Shown in pieces: positions 25,971 through 34,739 of a stretch of 64,000 nucleotides of DNA. The position numbers were made by a program, and so were the translations under genes. Below the pieces are notes generated by a model that worked only from the letters and a program-made list of their open reading frames with translations, made no database searches and was not told the origin of the DNA. The stretch covers positions 288,001-352,000 of the forward strand of contig VMGC01000001.1 in the NCBI GenBank assembly GCA_007376385.1. Direction: 5' to 3'. This DNA comes from Parcubacteria group bacterium Gr01-1014_8 (lineage in GTDB: Bacteria > Patescibacteriota > Minisyncoccia > Phycocordibacterales > UBA2100). Position 1 is the first letter of the stretch. The number at the start of each line of letters is the position of its first letter.

Positions 25971-27467
25971 ATGAAAGGCCTATTTATATTGCAGCGACGA
26001 TTTGCGTACATCGGCCATGAGATGGCGAAATTCCTTAAAGCGGACGGTGTTGCCGATGAATTTTGCGGGTACGTGCAAGTACGCGACGGCTATAGATTTC
26101 TGAAGGGCCAGAGCGATATCCGTTATACCGGATTAATTCTTGATGAGGACATACAGAAACAGTACAGAGATGAAAAACTTGATATCGCATATCTTGCGAA
26201 ACTTGAAGAAGAGTACGGCACGCTTTGGAAATATATCAATGTGGATCGCGTCATCAGTCACGGACAACTTGTGCGTGAGTACCCTTTTGACCGCTCGCCA
26301 TATACGCACGAAGAAATGCTCCGCATGGTGCAAGTGTATGCAAAGAACATCGAAGCGTTTCTTGATAGAGAGAAGCCGGATTTTGTCTTTGGCTACATAT
26401 TCGGCAGTCTCGGCATGCTTCTTCTCCATGACATGGCACAGAAACGCGGTATTCCAATTCTTACGACAATAGTTCCCTCGACGCGCGATCTTGTCTCGGT
26501 AACCGGTTCGTACGAGCGTATCACCGGAGTCGAAGAAAGGTTCCGCGACAATCTAAAGAAACCGTTAGAGCAGATAGAATCATACAGCGAAGCGCGGGAT
26601 TTTCTTGAAGAATTCCGCAGAAAACCCTTTGTCTATACGAAAGTCGTTGTTTCTCGGGTGAAGGGAGGACGCTTTGCGCAATTCTCGTTCTTAAGACCTC
26701 GGCAGGTGTTGTGGACTCTGTACTTCAATTTTTTCCACATTTTTATCGAATGGATGCGCGATAGCGAACGCCGCACAGACTACTCGACTGTGAACCCGTT
26801 TTTTCATGTGTATGACCATGTAAAGAGAAAATTACGCAACCTCGTCGGACTCAATGATCTCTATGATGTATTCGATACGTCGAAGTCGTACGCGTTTTTT
26901 CCCTTACAGTACGAGCCTGAAACGACGCTGCTTCTCCTCGCTCCGAACGAGACAGATCAAGTGCAGACGATTACTCGCACCGCCTGTTCGCTTCCTGCAG
27001 GCATGCTTCTGTATGTGAAAGAGCACCCTGGCATGACCCCGTACCGTCCGCGCGCGTTCTATCGCAGACTAAAAAAAATACCGAACGTCCGTCTCATGAA
27101 TCCCGCGCTTTCGAGTTTCGAGATCATCAAACACTGCAGATTGGTGACTGTTATCAGCGGTACGCCGGGCTGGGAGGCCGCCCTTCTCAAAAAACCAGTC
27201 ATCACGTTCGGCCACGTTTTTTACAATGCCTTGTCATTCATTGGAAAATACCGTGTGCCTGAAGAATTGCCGGAACTTGTCCGGAAGCAACTTAGCGTGC
27301 AAACAGATGATAAGGAATTGCTTGCATTCCTTGCTGCTCTTTTTGCGGATTGTGCGTCGCTTGACTTGATGTATTTGTGGGAGATAGAAGAAAACGAAGA
27401 AAAGCGCCGCGTAGGTTTCAAGAAGTTTGCGGATGTGCTCGCTGCGAAGATACGTTTGATAGAATGA
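25971..27467 (+). CDS. putative capsule-synthesis (KpsC/KpsS-like) ulosonic-acid transferase; paralog of 10185-11606
   Basis: Track ORF 25944 trimmed to the ATG at 25971. Shares the xxTGTPGWEAxLxxxPVIxFG motif and overall length with 10185-11606. Confidence 0.4.
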   Translation: MKGLFILQRRFAYIGHEMAKFLKADGVADEFCGYVQVRDGYRFLKGQSDIRYTGLILDEDIQKQYRDEKLDIAYLAKLEEEYGTLWKYINVDRVISHGQLVREYPFDRSPYTHEEMLRMVQVYAKNIEAFLDREKPDFVFGYIFGSLGMLLLHDMAQKRGIPILTTIVPSTRDLVSVTGSYERITGVEERFRDNLKKPLEQIESYSEARDFLEEFRRKPFVYTKVVVSRVKGGRFAQFSFLRPRQVLWTLYFNFFHIFIEWMRDSERRTDYSTVNPFFHVYDHVKRKLRNLVGLNDLYDVFDTSKSYAFFPLQYEPETTLLLLAPNETDQVQTITRTACSLPAGMLLYVKEHPGMTPYRPRAFYRRLKKIPNVRLMNPALSSFEIIKHCRLVTVISGTPGWEAALLKKPVITFGHVFYNALSFIGKYRVPEELPELVRKQLSVQTDDKELLAFLAALFADCASLDLMYLWEIEENEEKRRVGFKKFADVLAAKIRLIE

Positions 27468-27471
27468 CCGT

Positions 27472-28464
27472 ATGAAGATTTTGATTACAGGAGGAGCCGG
27501 CTTTATCGGGTATCATCTGGCGAAAAGACTTTCATCAGAGGGACACAATATAACGATTGCGGACAATTTCTTCCGCGGAAAGCGGGATGCTGAACTGGGG
27601 GCGCTATTAAAAAATCCGAACGTTCATCTCGTAGAGGCTGATCTATCGCAAAAAGACGCATGGAACGCCCTTGGGAAGGGATACGATCAGGTGTACCATC
27701 TCGTCGGTATCAACGGCACAAACCTGTTCTATGAAATTCCTCATGAAGTACTCCGTATTGGTGTTGCAAGTACGATGCATGCACTGGACTGGTTTCGGGG
27801 AGTGAACGGCGTGCCGGATGCAAAAATCCTATATACCTCAAGCAATGAGGCGTATGCGTCCGCACTTGAGGCGTATGGCTCGCTTCCGCTTCCCACACCG
27901 GAGAATGTGCCGCTTGTTATCGCGGACACGTACAACCCACGTTGGTCGTATGGAGGACAGAAGCTGATAGGGGAGCTGTTCTTTATTCATTACGCCAAGG
28001 CATATAACTTCCGGATGGTGATAGTGCGGCCGCACAATTTTTACGGACCTCGGTCAGGTTATGGACATGTTATTCCGGGGACGTTGGAAAAGATCAGAGT
28101 GAAGACGGATCCATTCCCGCTTCCCGGCGCAGACGAGACGCGTTCTTTTTGTTACATCGACGATGCGGTGGAAGCGATGCAGGTAGTTATGGGATCGCGC
28201 GCGACGGATGGAGGAACATACCACATCGGCAATCCGAACGAATTAAGCATGGAAGCGCTGGTTCAGGAAATATTCAATATTGCAAAGTGGCACCCGAAGA
28301 CACTTGAGAAAAAATTGTCTCCTGCGGGGAGCGTGAAGCGACGGCTCCCTGATGTGTCAAAGTTAAAGCGCGATACCGGTTGGGAGGCGAAAACTACTCT
28401 TGAGGAAGGTCTTAGGAAGACTGTGGAATGGTACCTTCTGAATCCGAAAGGAGATTCTCGCTAG
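27472..28464 (+). CDS. NAD-dependent epimerase/dehydratase (extended SDR; UDP-glucuronate decarboxylase/UXS-like)
   Basis: 330 aa. MKILITGGAGFIGYHLAKRL and catalytic YGGQKLIGE (Y-x3-K). Confidence 0.75.
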   Translation: MKILITGGAGFIGYHLAKRLSSEGHNITIADNFFRGKRDAELGALLKNPNVHLVEADLSQKDAWNALGKGYDQVYHLVGINGTNLFYEIPHEVLRIGVASTMHALDWFRGVNGVPDAKILYTSSNEAYASALEAYGSLPLPTPENVPLVIADTYNPRWSYGGQKLIGELFFIHYAKAYNFRMVIVRPHNFYGPRSGYGHVIPGTLEKIRVKTDPFPLPGADETRSFCYIDDAVEAMQVVMGSRATDGGTYHIGNPNELSMEALVQEIFNIAKWHPKTLEKKLSPAGSVKRRLPDVSKLKRDTGWEAKTTLEEGLRKTVEWYLLNPKGDSR

Positions 28465-29744
28465 AGATACGCATCAAAAAAAGATGCAAAGACCTTGATA
28501 ACATGGACTACGTGCGCTTTTGTTAATGCGGGGTGACAGCCGATGAAAACGCTCTGGTCCCGAATTGTGCGGGCGACGGGCAGTTCTCCCACTATACGCT
28601 GCGGTTCGTCTCGGAATGCCGGCTGGTCGGGGAGACATCCGCCAAAAAAAGGCCTTGTTTCTATACCCTTTGATTCGAGGCATTGGACGAATTCAAGACG
28701 AGAGAACGGGGCAGTTTTTTTTACTACGAACGGATACCCGTAATAGCTGTGGAATGCTCCCTTCGCTACTTTTGGGAGCTCGAGAAATTGTTCATATTTC
28801 TGGAATTTGTTGTTGTAGATCTGTATTGTTGCTATACGTTTTGCGTTCAACGCATCAAGTTTTTTTATTTGTTCGATACCGAGGGAAGCGGCTATGTCGG
28901 TCATACGGACGTTGTAGCCGATACGGGTGAAGATATAGCGCGCGTCAAATCCTGAAAGGACCTTGTCTTTATACGTGAACCGATTCGCATTCGCGATACT
29001 AGGAGGGAGTCTGCCAAATTCACGCAGCGATTGCAGCAGGTCGCGCATGGATTCATCGTTGGTAAATATCATGCCGCCTTCGCCTGTGGTTATGTTATGC
29101 GCCACAAAAAAACTGAGTGTCGCGATATCACCGAACGAGCCGACTTTTTTTCCGCCGATAGCCGCGCCATGCGCCTCGCAGCAATCTTCAAGGACGAGCA
29201 GGTCGTGTTTCTTTGCGATGCTCATGATGGCACCCATGTCCGCGGGATTACCGAAGGTATGCACCGGCATGATGACGCGCGTCTTCGGCGAGATCGCCTT
29301 TTCGACCCCTTTCGGGTCGATGTTCCACGAGGTCGGATCGATATCGACATAGACGGGGATGAGTCCGACTTGGATGATGGGGGAAGCGACAGTGGCGAAT
29401 GTCGTCGCAGGAAGAATGACCTCAGAACCCTTGGGGACAATTCCCGATGCGACAAGCGCCGAGAGAGCGAGCAGGTTAGCTGAAGAACCGGAATTTACGG
29501 CAACAGCGTACTTCACGCCAACATATTTCGCGCATGCATCCTCGAATTGCCTGACTTTTGGGCCCTGTGAGATCCTGAGGTCAATGAGCGACTGAAGCGC
29601 ATTTGTTATCTCCTTATGGTCAAAAACGGGCCAGCTGATGGTGACAATGCCGGGGGCGGGAACATTGTCATGCTTTTTCTCCTGCATGATCGTTTTAACC
29701 AGCGCGTTCAGTTTTGTGCGGGAGTTATTTTTTGTCTTTTTCAT
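28461..29744 (-). CDS. DegT-family PMP-dependent sugar 3-dehydrase (E1/RfbH/ColD-like; PLP-lysine replaced by His)
   Basis: 427 aa. DegT fold (VGVKYAVAVNSGSSANLLAL), but the active-site segment is SFFVAHNITTGEGG, with His where aminotransferases have Lys. This is the hallmark of CDP/GDP-4-keto-6-deoxyhexose 3-dehydrases. Confidence 0.55.
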   Translation of the reverse strand: MKKTKNNSRTKLNALVKTIMQEKKHDNVPAPGIVTISWPVFDHKEITNALQSLIDLRISQGPKVRQFEDACAKYVGVKYAVAVNSGSSANLLALSALVASGIVPKGSEVILPATTFATVASPIIQVGLIPVYVDIDPTSWNIDPKGVEKAISPKTRVIMPVHTFGNPADMGAIMSIAKKHDLLVLEDCCEAHGAAIGGKKVGSFGDIATLSFFVAHNITTGEGGMIFTNDESMRDLLQSLREFGRLPPSIANANRFTYKDKVLSGFDARYIFTRIGYNVRMTDIAASLGIEQIKKLDALNAKRIATIQIYNNKFQKYEQFLELPKVAKGAFHSYYGYPFVVKKTAPFSRLEFVQCLESKGIETRPFFGGCLPDQPAFRDEPQRIVGELPVARTIRDQSVFIGCHPALTKAHVVHVIKVFASFFDAYL

Positions 29745-30663
29745 TGTGCGTAAGAAAGTGAGTAATCGTCTTTTCCAGGCCGTCTTTCAGCGATGTGCGC
29801 GGCTTCCATGATAGAAACTTATTTGCTTTGGCAGTCGAGAGTCTGAATGGGGAAACCTCAATGCGTGCCGGGCGGGTGTCGGCATGCGAGGATACTATCG
29901 TAATTGTTTTTCCCAGTCGATGTTCCAATAGATTTTTTACGGTCTGGGCTATCTGTTTGAGAGCAATGGATCGGCCGCCTATGTTATATACCGCGTTCTG
30001 AACCTTTTGCGGTGCCCTCATGGCACAGAGGAATGCATCGGCAACATCTTCAACGTAAATGAAATTCTTTCGTATGGTGAGCGCGCCGACTGTAATTGTA
30101 TCGCTGGATATCATTTTTTGAATGACATCTGAAATGAACATCGAACGTGGCTGACCCGGCCCATAGACGCTGTCGAGTCGAAGAATAATGTACGGAATAT
30201 CGTACAGGCGTTGATAGGTTTCAAGCAGTGTCTCGCACATAATCTTTGCCGCTGTATAGGGTTCTATAGGGACAGGCCGTTTCTTTTCTGTGACTGTTCC
30301 GCTGTATGTTCCGTAGAGTCGATCTGTAGATGCAAAGATAATAAGCGGCTTCATTTCTTTTTTGCGGAATGTCTCAAGCACGTTCATCAGTATCGAGGTG
30401 TTGTGTTCTATTCTCTGTCGGGGTGCTTCCAAAGAAGCATTGATATCGATACTGCCGGCCAGATGGATGAACACATCGCAATTCTCTATCGCTTTCTCGA
30501 CCGATGCAGCATCGAGCAGGTTCGTCCGTATGTTTTTTACAGAAGGGATGGTCGCAGTCTCGTGTAAGAGCGCGGTGACGTTGAGTCCTTCGGCAGAGAG
30601 CTTTCTGCACACGTGAGAGCCGATAAAGCCGGCGGCGCCTGATACGACAACGTGAGTACTCAT
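29725..30663 (-). CDS. NAD-dependent epimerase/reductase (extended SDR; candidate 3,6-dideoxyhexose reductase/epimerase)
   Basis: 312 aa. VVVSGAAGFIGSHVCRKL and the YTAAKIMCE catalytic motif. Overlaps the upstream 3-dehydrase-like gene. Confidence 0.7.
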   Translation of the reverse strand: MSTHVVVSGAAGFIGSHVCRKLSAEGLNVTALLHETATIPSVKNIRTNLLDAASVEKAIENCDVFIHLAGSIDINASLEAPRQRIEHNTSILMNVLETFRKKEMKPLIIFASTDRLYGTYSGTVTEKKRPVPIEPYTAAKIMCETLLETYQRLYDIPYIILRLDSVYGPGQPRSMFISDVIQKMISSDTITVGALTIRKNFIYVEDVADAFLCAMRAPQKVQNAVYNIGGRSIALKQIAQTVKNLLEHRLGKTITIVSSHADTRPARIEVSPFRLSTAKANKFLSWKPRTSLKDGLEKTITHFLTHNEKDKK

Positions 30664-31778
30664 ATTTCCGCTGCCGTCTGCAGTATTTTTCGTAATCTTA
30701 CCGCGAGGGTGCGATGGTCAAATTCAGATATTCGCTTGGCCGCGGCATGACTAAGTGTTTCGCGCATGTTCGGTGATTCTACGAGTTTTTCTATCGCTTT
30801 AGCAAGCGACACGGCGTCGTTGTCTTTGAACGTAAGAGTCGCCTCGCCTGCGAGCCATTCGAGTCCTCCTCCTTCGGGGACGACGACGGGACGGTGCACG
30901 GCAAGTGCTTCAAGGAGGAGTACCGATGAAAGTTCTTTGTGGAAGCGCGGATAGATGAATATGTCGCAATTGGCGAGTGTTGCATGCATTTCATGTTTTG
31001 ACACCCACCCTGGAAAATGAACAGTGTTCCCGATGCCGCGCGCCCTCGCTTGTTCTTGAAGTGCTTCACGTTCTGGGCCGTCGCCACTTAAGGTAACCGC
31101 TATCATTTCACGCTGCTGCTTCGGAAGAAGCGCAAGCGCATCTACGAGAAGGTTGAATCCCTTATCTTGGATCATGCGTCCCGATGCGAAGATACGCACG
31201 ACATTATCCTTTTTTTCGTGCGGCAATTTCTGCAATAGAGTGTTGTCGACAAAATCAGGCATCACGGAATGGTTCGACGAGGGGATGCGGATGCCGAATG
31301 CGCGGTAGCGTGCGGCGAGTTGTGGAGTGGTAAAGATAAAGTGGTCTATATGAGGTGCGAGGAACTTGTTTAAAAATCGTTCTATGTATTGACGTATGCG
31401 TGCGCGGAATGTGCTTGCGTTCCATGCGAGAGATTCGCGATTGTAAAATGCGACGACCGGCTTGCCGCCGAGTATGCGGTAGAGTGCGCCTCCGTAGGCA
31501 AATTGTCCTTCAATATGAAATACGTCCGTACTCTGCTGATGTTTACGGAGGATTTGAAGTATCTTCCAATGGATCTTGTGAAGCGTTTTTGGGGAAGAGA
31601 TGGATTCCTCGATGACTGTGTATGGCAGGTTCTCCAGTTTATTTAGCTCCGAAAAGACCGTAACTACTTGTACGTCCTCGCCAAGAGCTTGCATATCGCG
31701 GACTTTTAGGTCGAGGTCCGGTACAGAGCCGCCCGCGGATTCAAGATTGATTTTTGATGTAACGAACGTGACGCGCAT
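30660..31778 (-). CDS. glycosyltransferase family 4 (GT-B)
   Basis: 372 aa. ...GWVSKHEMHATLANCDIFIYPRFHKELSSVLLLEALAVHRPVVVPEGGG is a GT4 C-terminal motif. Confidence 0.75.
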   Translation of the reverse strand: MRVTFVTSKINLESAGGSVPDLDLKVRDMQALGEDVQVVTVFSELNKLENLPYTVIEESISSPKTLHKIHWKILQILRKHQQSTDVFHIEGQFAYGGALYRILGGKPVVAFYNRESLAWNASTFRARIRQYIERFLNKFLAPHIDHFIFTTPQLAARYRAFGIRIPSSNHSVMPDFVDNTLLQKLPHEKKDNVVRIFASGRMIQDKGFNLLVDALALLPKQQREMIAVTLSGDGPEREALQEQARARGIGNTVHFPGWVSKHEMHATLANCDIFIYPRFHKELSSVLLLEALAVHRPVVVPEGGGLEWLAGEATLTFKDNDAVSLAKAIEKLVESPNMRETLSHAAAKRISEFDHRTLAVRLRKILQTAAEI

Positions 31779-31789
31779 ATCGATAGCGT

Positions 31790-32770
31790 CTATCCGCGTT
31801 TCGTAAATCGTTTAGCAATGAGTGCCGGGTTCAAAACATATTTGAGGAGCGAATGACGCAGCTCTCTCAGCGCATGCCAACCGGAAATATGAGGGTCAGG
31901 CCAGTTTGAGTACCACTCTGGCATAAGAGGATATTTTTCTTCGAGCGCACGATGCTGATCATTCGATACATACATAGCTTTTAAAAGAAGGGGTTTTACA
32001 TCGCCTTTGCCGTACCACGCCGCGAATGCGCGGGAATCTTTGGGGAGGCAGTGCCCTCCGAATGAACGGCCATACCGAAGGTAACTGCGGCCGTCAAAAA
32101 GAAAGTCGATGACACCTGCAATGCTCGCAAGCTCTTCTTTTGTCGAGGGTCTGCCTATCATATCGCCGAATTCGTTGACGAACGCGATGCGGGTCGCGTT
32201 CCACAGATTGGAAAGGTATTTTATGAGCGATGCGTCATGTGGTGTACCCTCGAATGTTTTTCTGGATTTAGAACGCCACATATTGAATATCGATGGTTCG
32301 GGTCGTGGATGTGGAAGAGAGCCGATTACAAGAAGATAGGGGTTGACGCACTCATCGACAGCCATTTTCTCGTGCAGAAATTCCGGCACATAGTAATCGA
32401 ACTTCAGATTTTTCAATAAATCCGGAAGAATTGTCGAGCGGAGCATCACACCTCCCCGTACACCCGAAAGGGAATTGAGCGCTTTTTGGATGTTGGAGAT
32501 ATCCTGGGTGCCGTCTTCGGAAACGCGATCACCAACGCACACTATGTACCACGTGTGTTCGGAATCTTTTTCTTTCAACTCCGGTAATCGCGGAATTGCA
32601 TCGTATAGCGCAGTATGTCCGGTGTAATGTCGCGGCGGATTTCCCGGATCGAAATATGACACCTCATATCCGAGTATTTTCATAGCAAGAGCGTTCGCCT
32701 GTCCCACCCAGCCGAAACCAACGATGACCATTTTTTCGCTCGTTGACATAGATAAAGACGAATATAGCAC
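31790..32770 (-). CDS. UDP-glucose/GDP-mannose dehydrogenase-family protein, short form
   Basis: 326 aa. N-terminal VIVGFGWVGQANA NAD-binding motif and the catalytic-cysteine motif GGHCLPKD (compare GGSCFPKD). Shorter than canonical Ugd at its C-terminus. Confidence 0.55.
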   Translation of the reverse strand: MLYSSLSMSTSEKMVIVGFGWVGQANALAMKILGYEVSYFDPGNPPRHYTGHTALYDAIPRLPELKEKDSEHTWYIVCVGDRVSEDGTQDISNIQKALNSLSGVRGGVMLRSTILPDLLKNLKFDYYVPEFLHEKMAVDECVNPYLLVIGSLPHPRPEPSIFNMWRSKSRKTFEGTPHDASLIKYLSNLWNATRIAFVNEFGDMIGRPSTKEELASIAGVIDFLFDGRSYLRYGRSFGGHCLPKDSRAFAAWYGKGDVKPLLLKAMYVSNDQHRALEEKYPLMPEWYSNWPDPHISGWHALRELRHSLLKYVLNPALIAKRFTKRG

Positions 32771-32796
32771 GGAAGCCCAATCGACTGTATATTGCC

Positions 32797-33618
32797 ATGG
32801 TCATGAAAAACAAACGGAAGAAGCGCGTTGTTGCGGTCTCTGGCGGATTCGACCCTTTGCACATCGGCCACGTGCGAATGTTTGAGGCGGCGCGAAAGCT
32901 CGGCGACAAGCTCGTTGTGATCCTCAACAACGACAATTGGCTGAAGGATAAAAAAGGGTTTGCGTTCATGCCGGAAAAAGAGCGCAAAGAACTCATCGAG
33001 GCGTTGCCGTTTGTCGATCAGGTCGTGGTTACAGACCACAAGAAGGGAGATCCTGATCGTTCTGTCGTGCGTGCGCTCCGACACGTGAAGCCCCATATAT
33101 TCGCCAACGGCGGGGATCGTGACACAAGAGATGCGAAGAAAAAGACATCCTCACTGAACGCGGATCAGAATTTTTGCATACAGCATGGCACACGGGTGGT
33201 CTTCAATGTTGGTCGCGGAGGCAAGGTGCAATCGTCTTCGTGGATGATACAAGACGCGGCGAGGCACACGGCGCGTAGCGTTCGCCCATGGGGTGAATTT
33301 TATGGTTGGGATGCCGGGGGAAACTGGTATGTGAAGACGATCTATGTGCGTCCGAACAAAAGACTAAGTCTCCAGTATCATAACAAGCGCAGTGAATCAT
33401 GGATGCTTGTTTCAGGGGATGCAACCGCGACAATCGGCAAGAAAGGCGAAAAATTAACCCGTGTGAAGCTGAAGAGGGGCGAGGCGTTCACTGTTCCGAA
33501 GGGTTACGTTCATCGACTCGAATCAAAAAAAGGCGGTACGCTCGTTGAGATAGCGCTTGGAAGTTCGTTCAATGAGAAGGATATCGTGCGATTGCAGGAC
33601 GATTTTAAGCGTTTCTAG
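32797..33618 (+). CDS. bifunctional-looking fusion: HxGH cytidylyl/adenylyl-transferase-like domain (HldE domain II/TagD-like) plus mannose-6-phosphate-isomerase-type cupin
   Basis: 273 aa. N-terminus VVAVSGGFDPLHIGHVRMFEAARKLGDKLVVILNND (compare HldE-II CFDILHAGHVSYL). C-terminus ...YVRPNKRLSLQYHNKRSESWMLVSGDA...GYVHRLESK is a ManC-type cupin. Confidence 0.55.
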   Translation: MVMKNKRKKRVVAVSGGFDPLHIGHVRMFEAARKLGDKLVVILNNDNWLKDKKGFAFMPEKERKELIEALPFVDQVVVTDHKKGDPDRSVVRALRHVKPHIFANGGDRDTRDAKKKTSSLNADQNFCIQHGTRVVFNVGRGGKVQSSSWMIQDAARHTARSVRPWGEFYGWDAGGNWYVKTIYVRPNKRLSLQYHNKRSESWMLVSGDATATIGKKGEKLTRVKLKRGEAFTVPKGYVHRLESKKGGTLVEIALGSSFNEKDIVRLQDDFKRF

Positions 33619-33627
33619 CGTGCTACG

Positions 33628-34059
33628 ATGCGCGAGAGTATGCAGTCACTCGTTGATTTCGTTCGCCAGCTCTACGCATCGCACGGCCGTATTGTTCGTT
33701 TTTTAGTGTCGGGCGGAACAGGGGCGACTACCAATTTTCTGACGCTCTTCATTCTGACAGAATATGCGGGAGTGTGGTATTTGCTTTCAGCCAGTATCGC
33801 GCTTGCAGTTGGATTTACCATGAGTTTTATCCTGCAGAAATTCTGGACGTTTGAGAACAGCTCGCTCGCGAGAGTGCACATTCAGGTGCCATTACACGTT
33901 ACACTCGGGCTTACTAACCTCGTTCTGAACACCATTGCTCTGTATATCCTCGTTGAATGGTTTGGACTCTGGTATATGCTGGGCCAACTTATTGCGGGCG
34001 TATTTCTCGCGTGCCTCAATTACTATACGTACCGGACGCATATTTTTAAGCCCGAATGA
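33628..34059 (+). CDS. GtrA-family small membrane protein (polyprenyl-phosphate-sugar flippase-like)
   Basis: 143 aa, 4 predicted TM segments. RFLVSGGTGATTNFLTLFIL...FILQKFWTF is typical GtrA. Confidence 0.75.
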   Translation: MRESMQSLVDFVRQLYASHGRIVRFLVSGGTGATTNFLTLFILTEYAGVWYLLSASIALAVGFTMSFILQKFWTFENSSLARVHIQVPLHVTLGLTNLVLNTIALYILVEWFGLWYMLGQLIAGVFLACLNYYTYRTHIFKPE

Positions 34060-34739
34060 GATTATCCATTATCATACCGGCGTATAACGAGGCGAGAACA
34101 ATCGGCACGCTTATTGAGCGCGTACAGAGTGTTCAATTGGAAGGATACGAAAAGGAAATCATCGTCGTGGATGATGGCTCTAAGGATGAGACGAGTGCTA
34201 TTGCAAAACGCTCAGGCGTTATTGTTGTTGTCCATCCGAAAAATCGCGGCAAAGGTGCGGCTGTGCGGACAGGCTTTGAAAAAGCGACAGGGAAGTATGT
34301 TGTCGTTCAGGACGCAGACTTAGAGTATGACCCGAATGATTTTCGAGCGATGCTCCGGTGTGCGAAGGAAAAGGGGGCGCAGGTGATATACGGCTCAAGG
34401 CGTTTGCCGCGAGCCAACGAGAAACCAAATCGAGGAGCCTGGTATTTTTATGCAGGTGGACTTCTTCTCACGATTCTCACGAACATTCTCTATCGAACGC
34501 GAATCACCGATGAGCCGACATGTTACAAAATGATCCACCGAGATGTTTTAAAAAAGATCCGGCTTACTGCTGAAGGGTTCGAATTTTGTCCCGAAATTAC
34601 GGCGAAAATCGCACGACTCGGAATCCCTATTTATGAGGTGCCCATCAGCTACGCTCCTCGCTCGGTCGCTGAAGGAAAAAAGATCCGATTACGCGATTGG
34701 TTCATCGCGGTCTGGACGCTTTTGAAAAATAGACTGTAG
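34056..34739 (+). CDS. GT2 polyprenyl-phosphate glycosyltransferase (GtrB/DPM1-like)
   Basis: 227 aa. MRLSIIIPAYNEARTIG...IIVVDDGSKDET...VQDADLEYDP is a GT-A fold with DxD. Confidence 0.8.
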   Translation: MRLSIIIPAYNEARTIGTLIERVQSVQLEGYEKEIIVVDDGSKDETSAIAKRSGVIVVVHPKNRGKGAAVRTGFEKATGKYVVVQDADLEYDPNDFRAMLRCAKEKGAQVIYGSRRLPRANEKPNRGAWYFYAGGLLLTILTNILYRTRITDEPTCYKMIHRDVLKKIRLTAEGFEFCPEITAKIARLGIPIYEVPISYAPRSVAEGKKIRLRDWFIAVWTLLKNRL

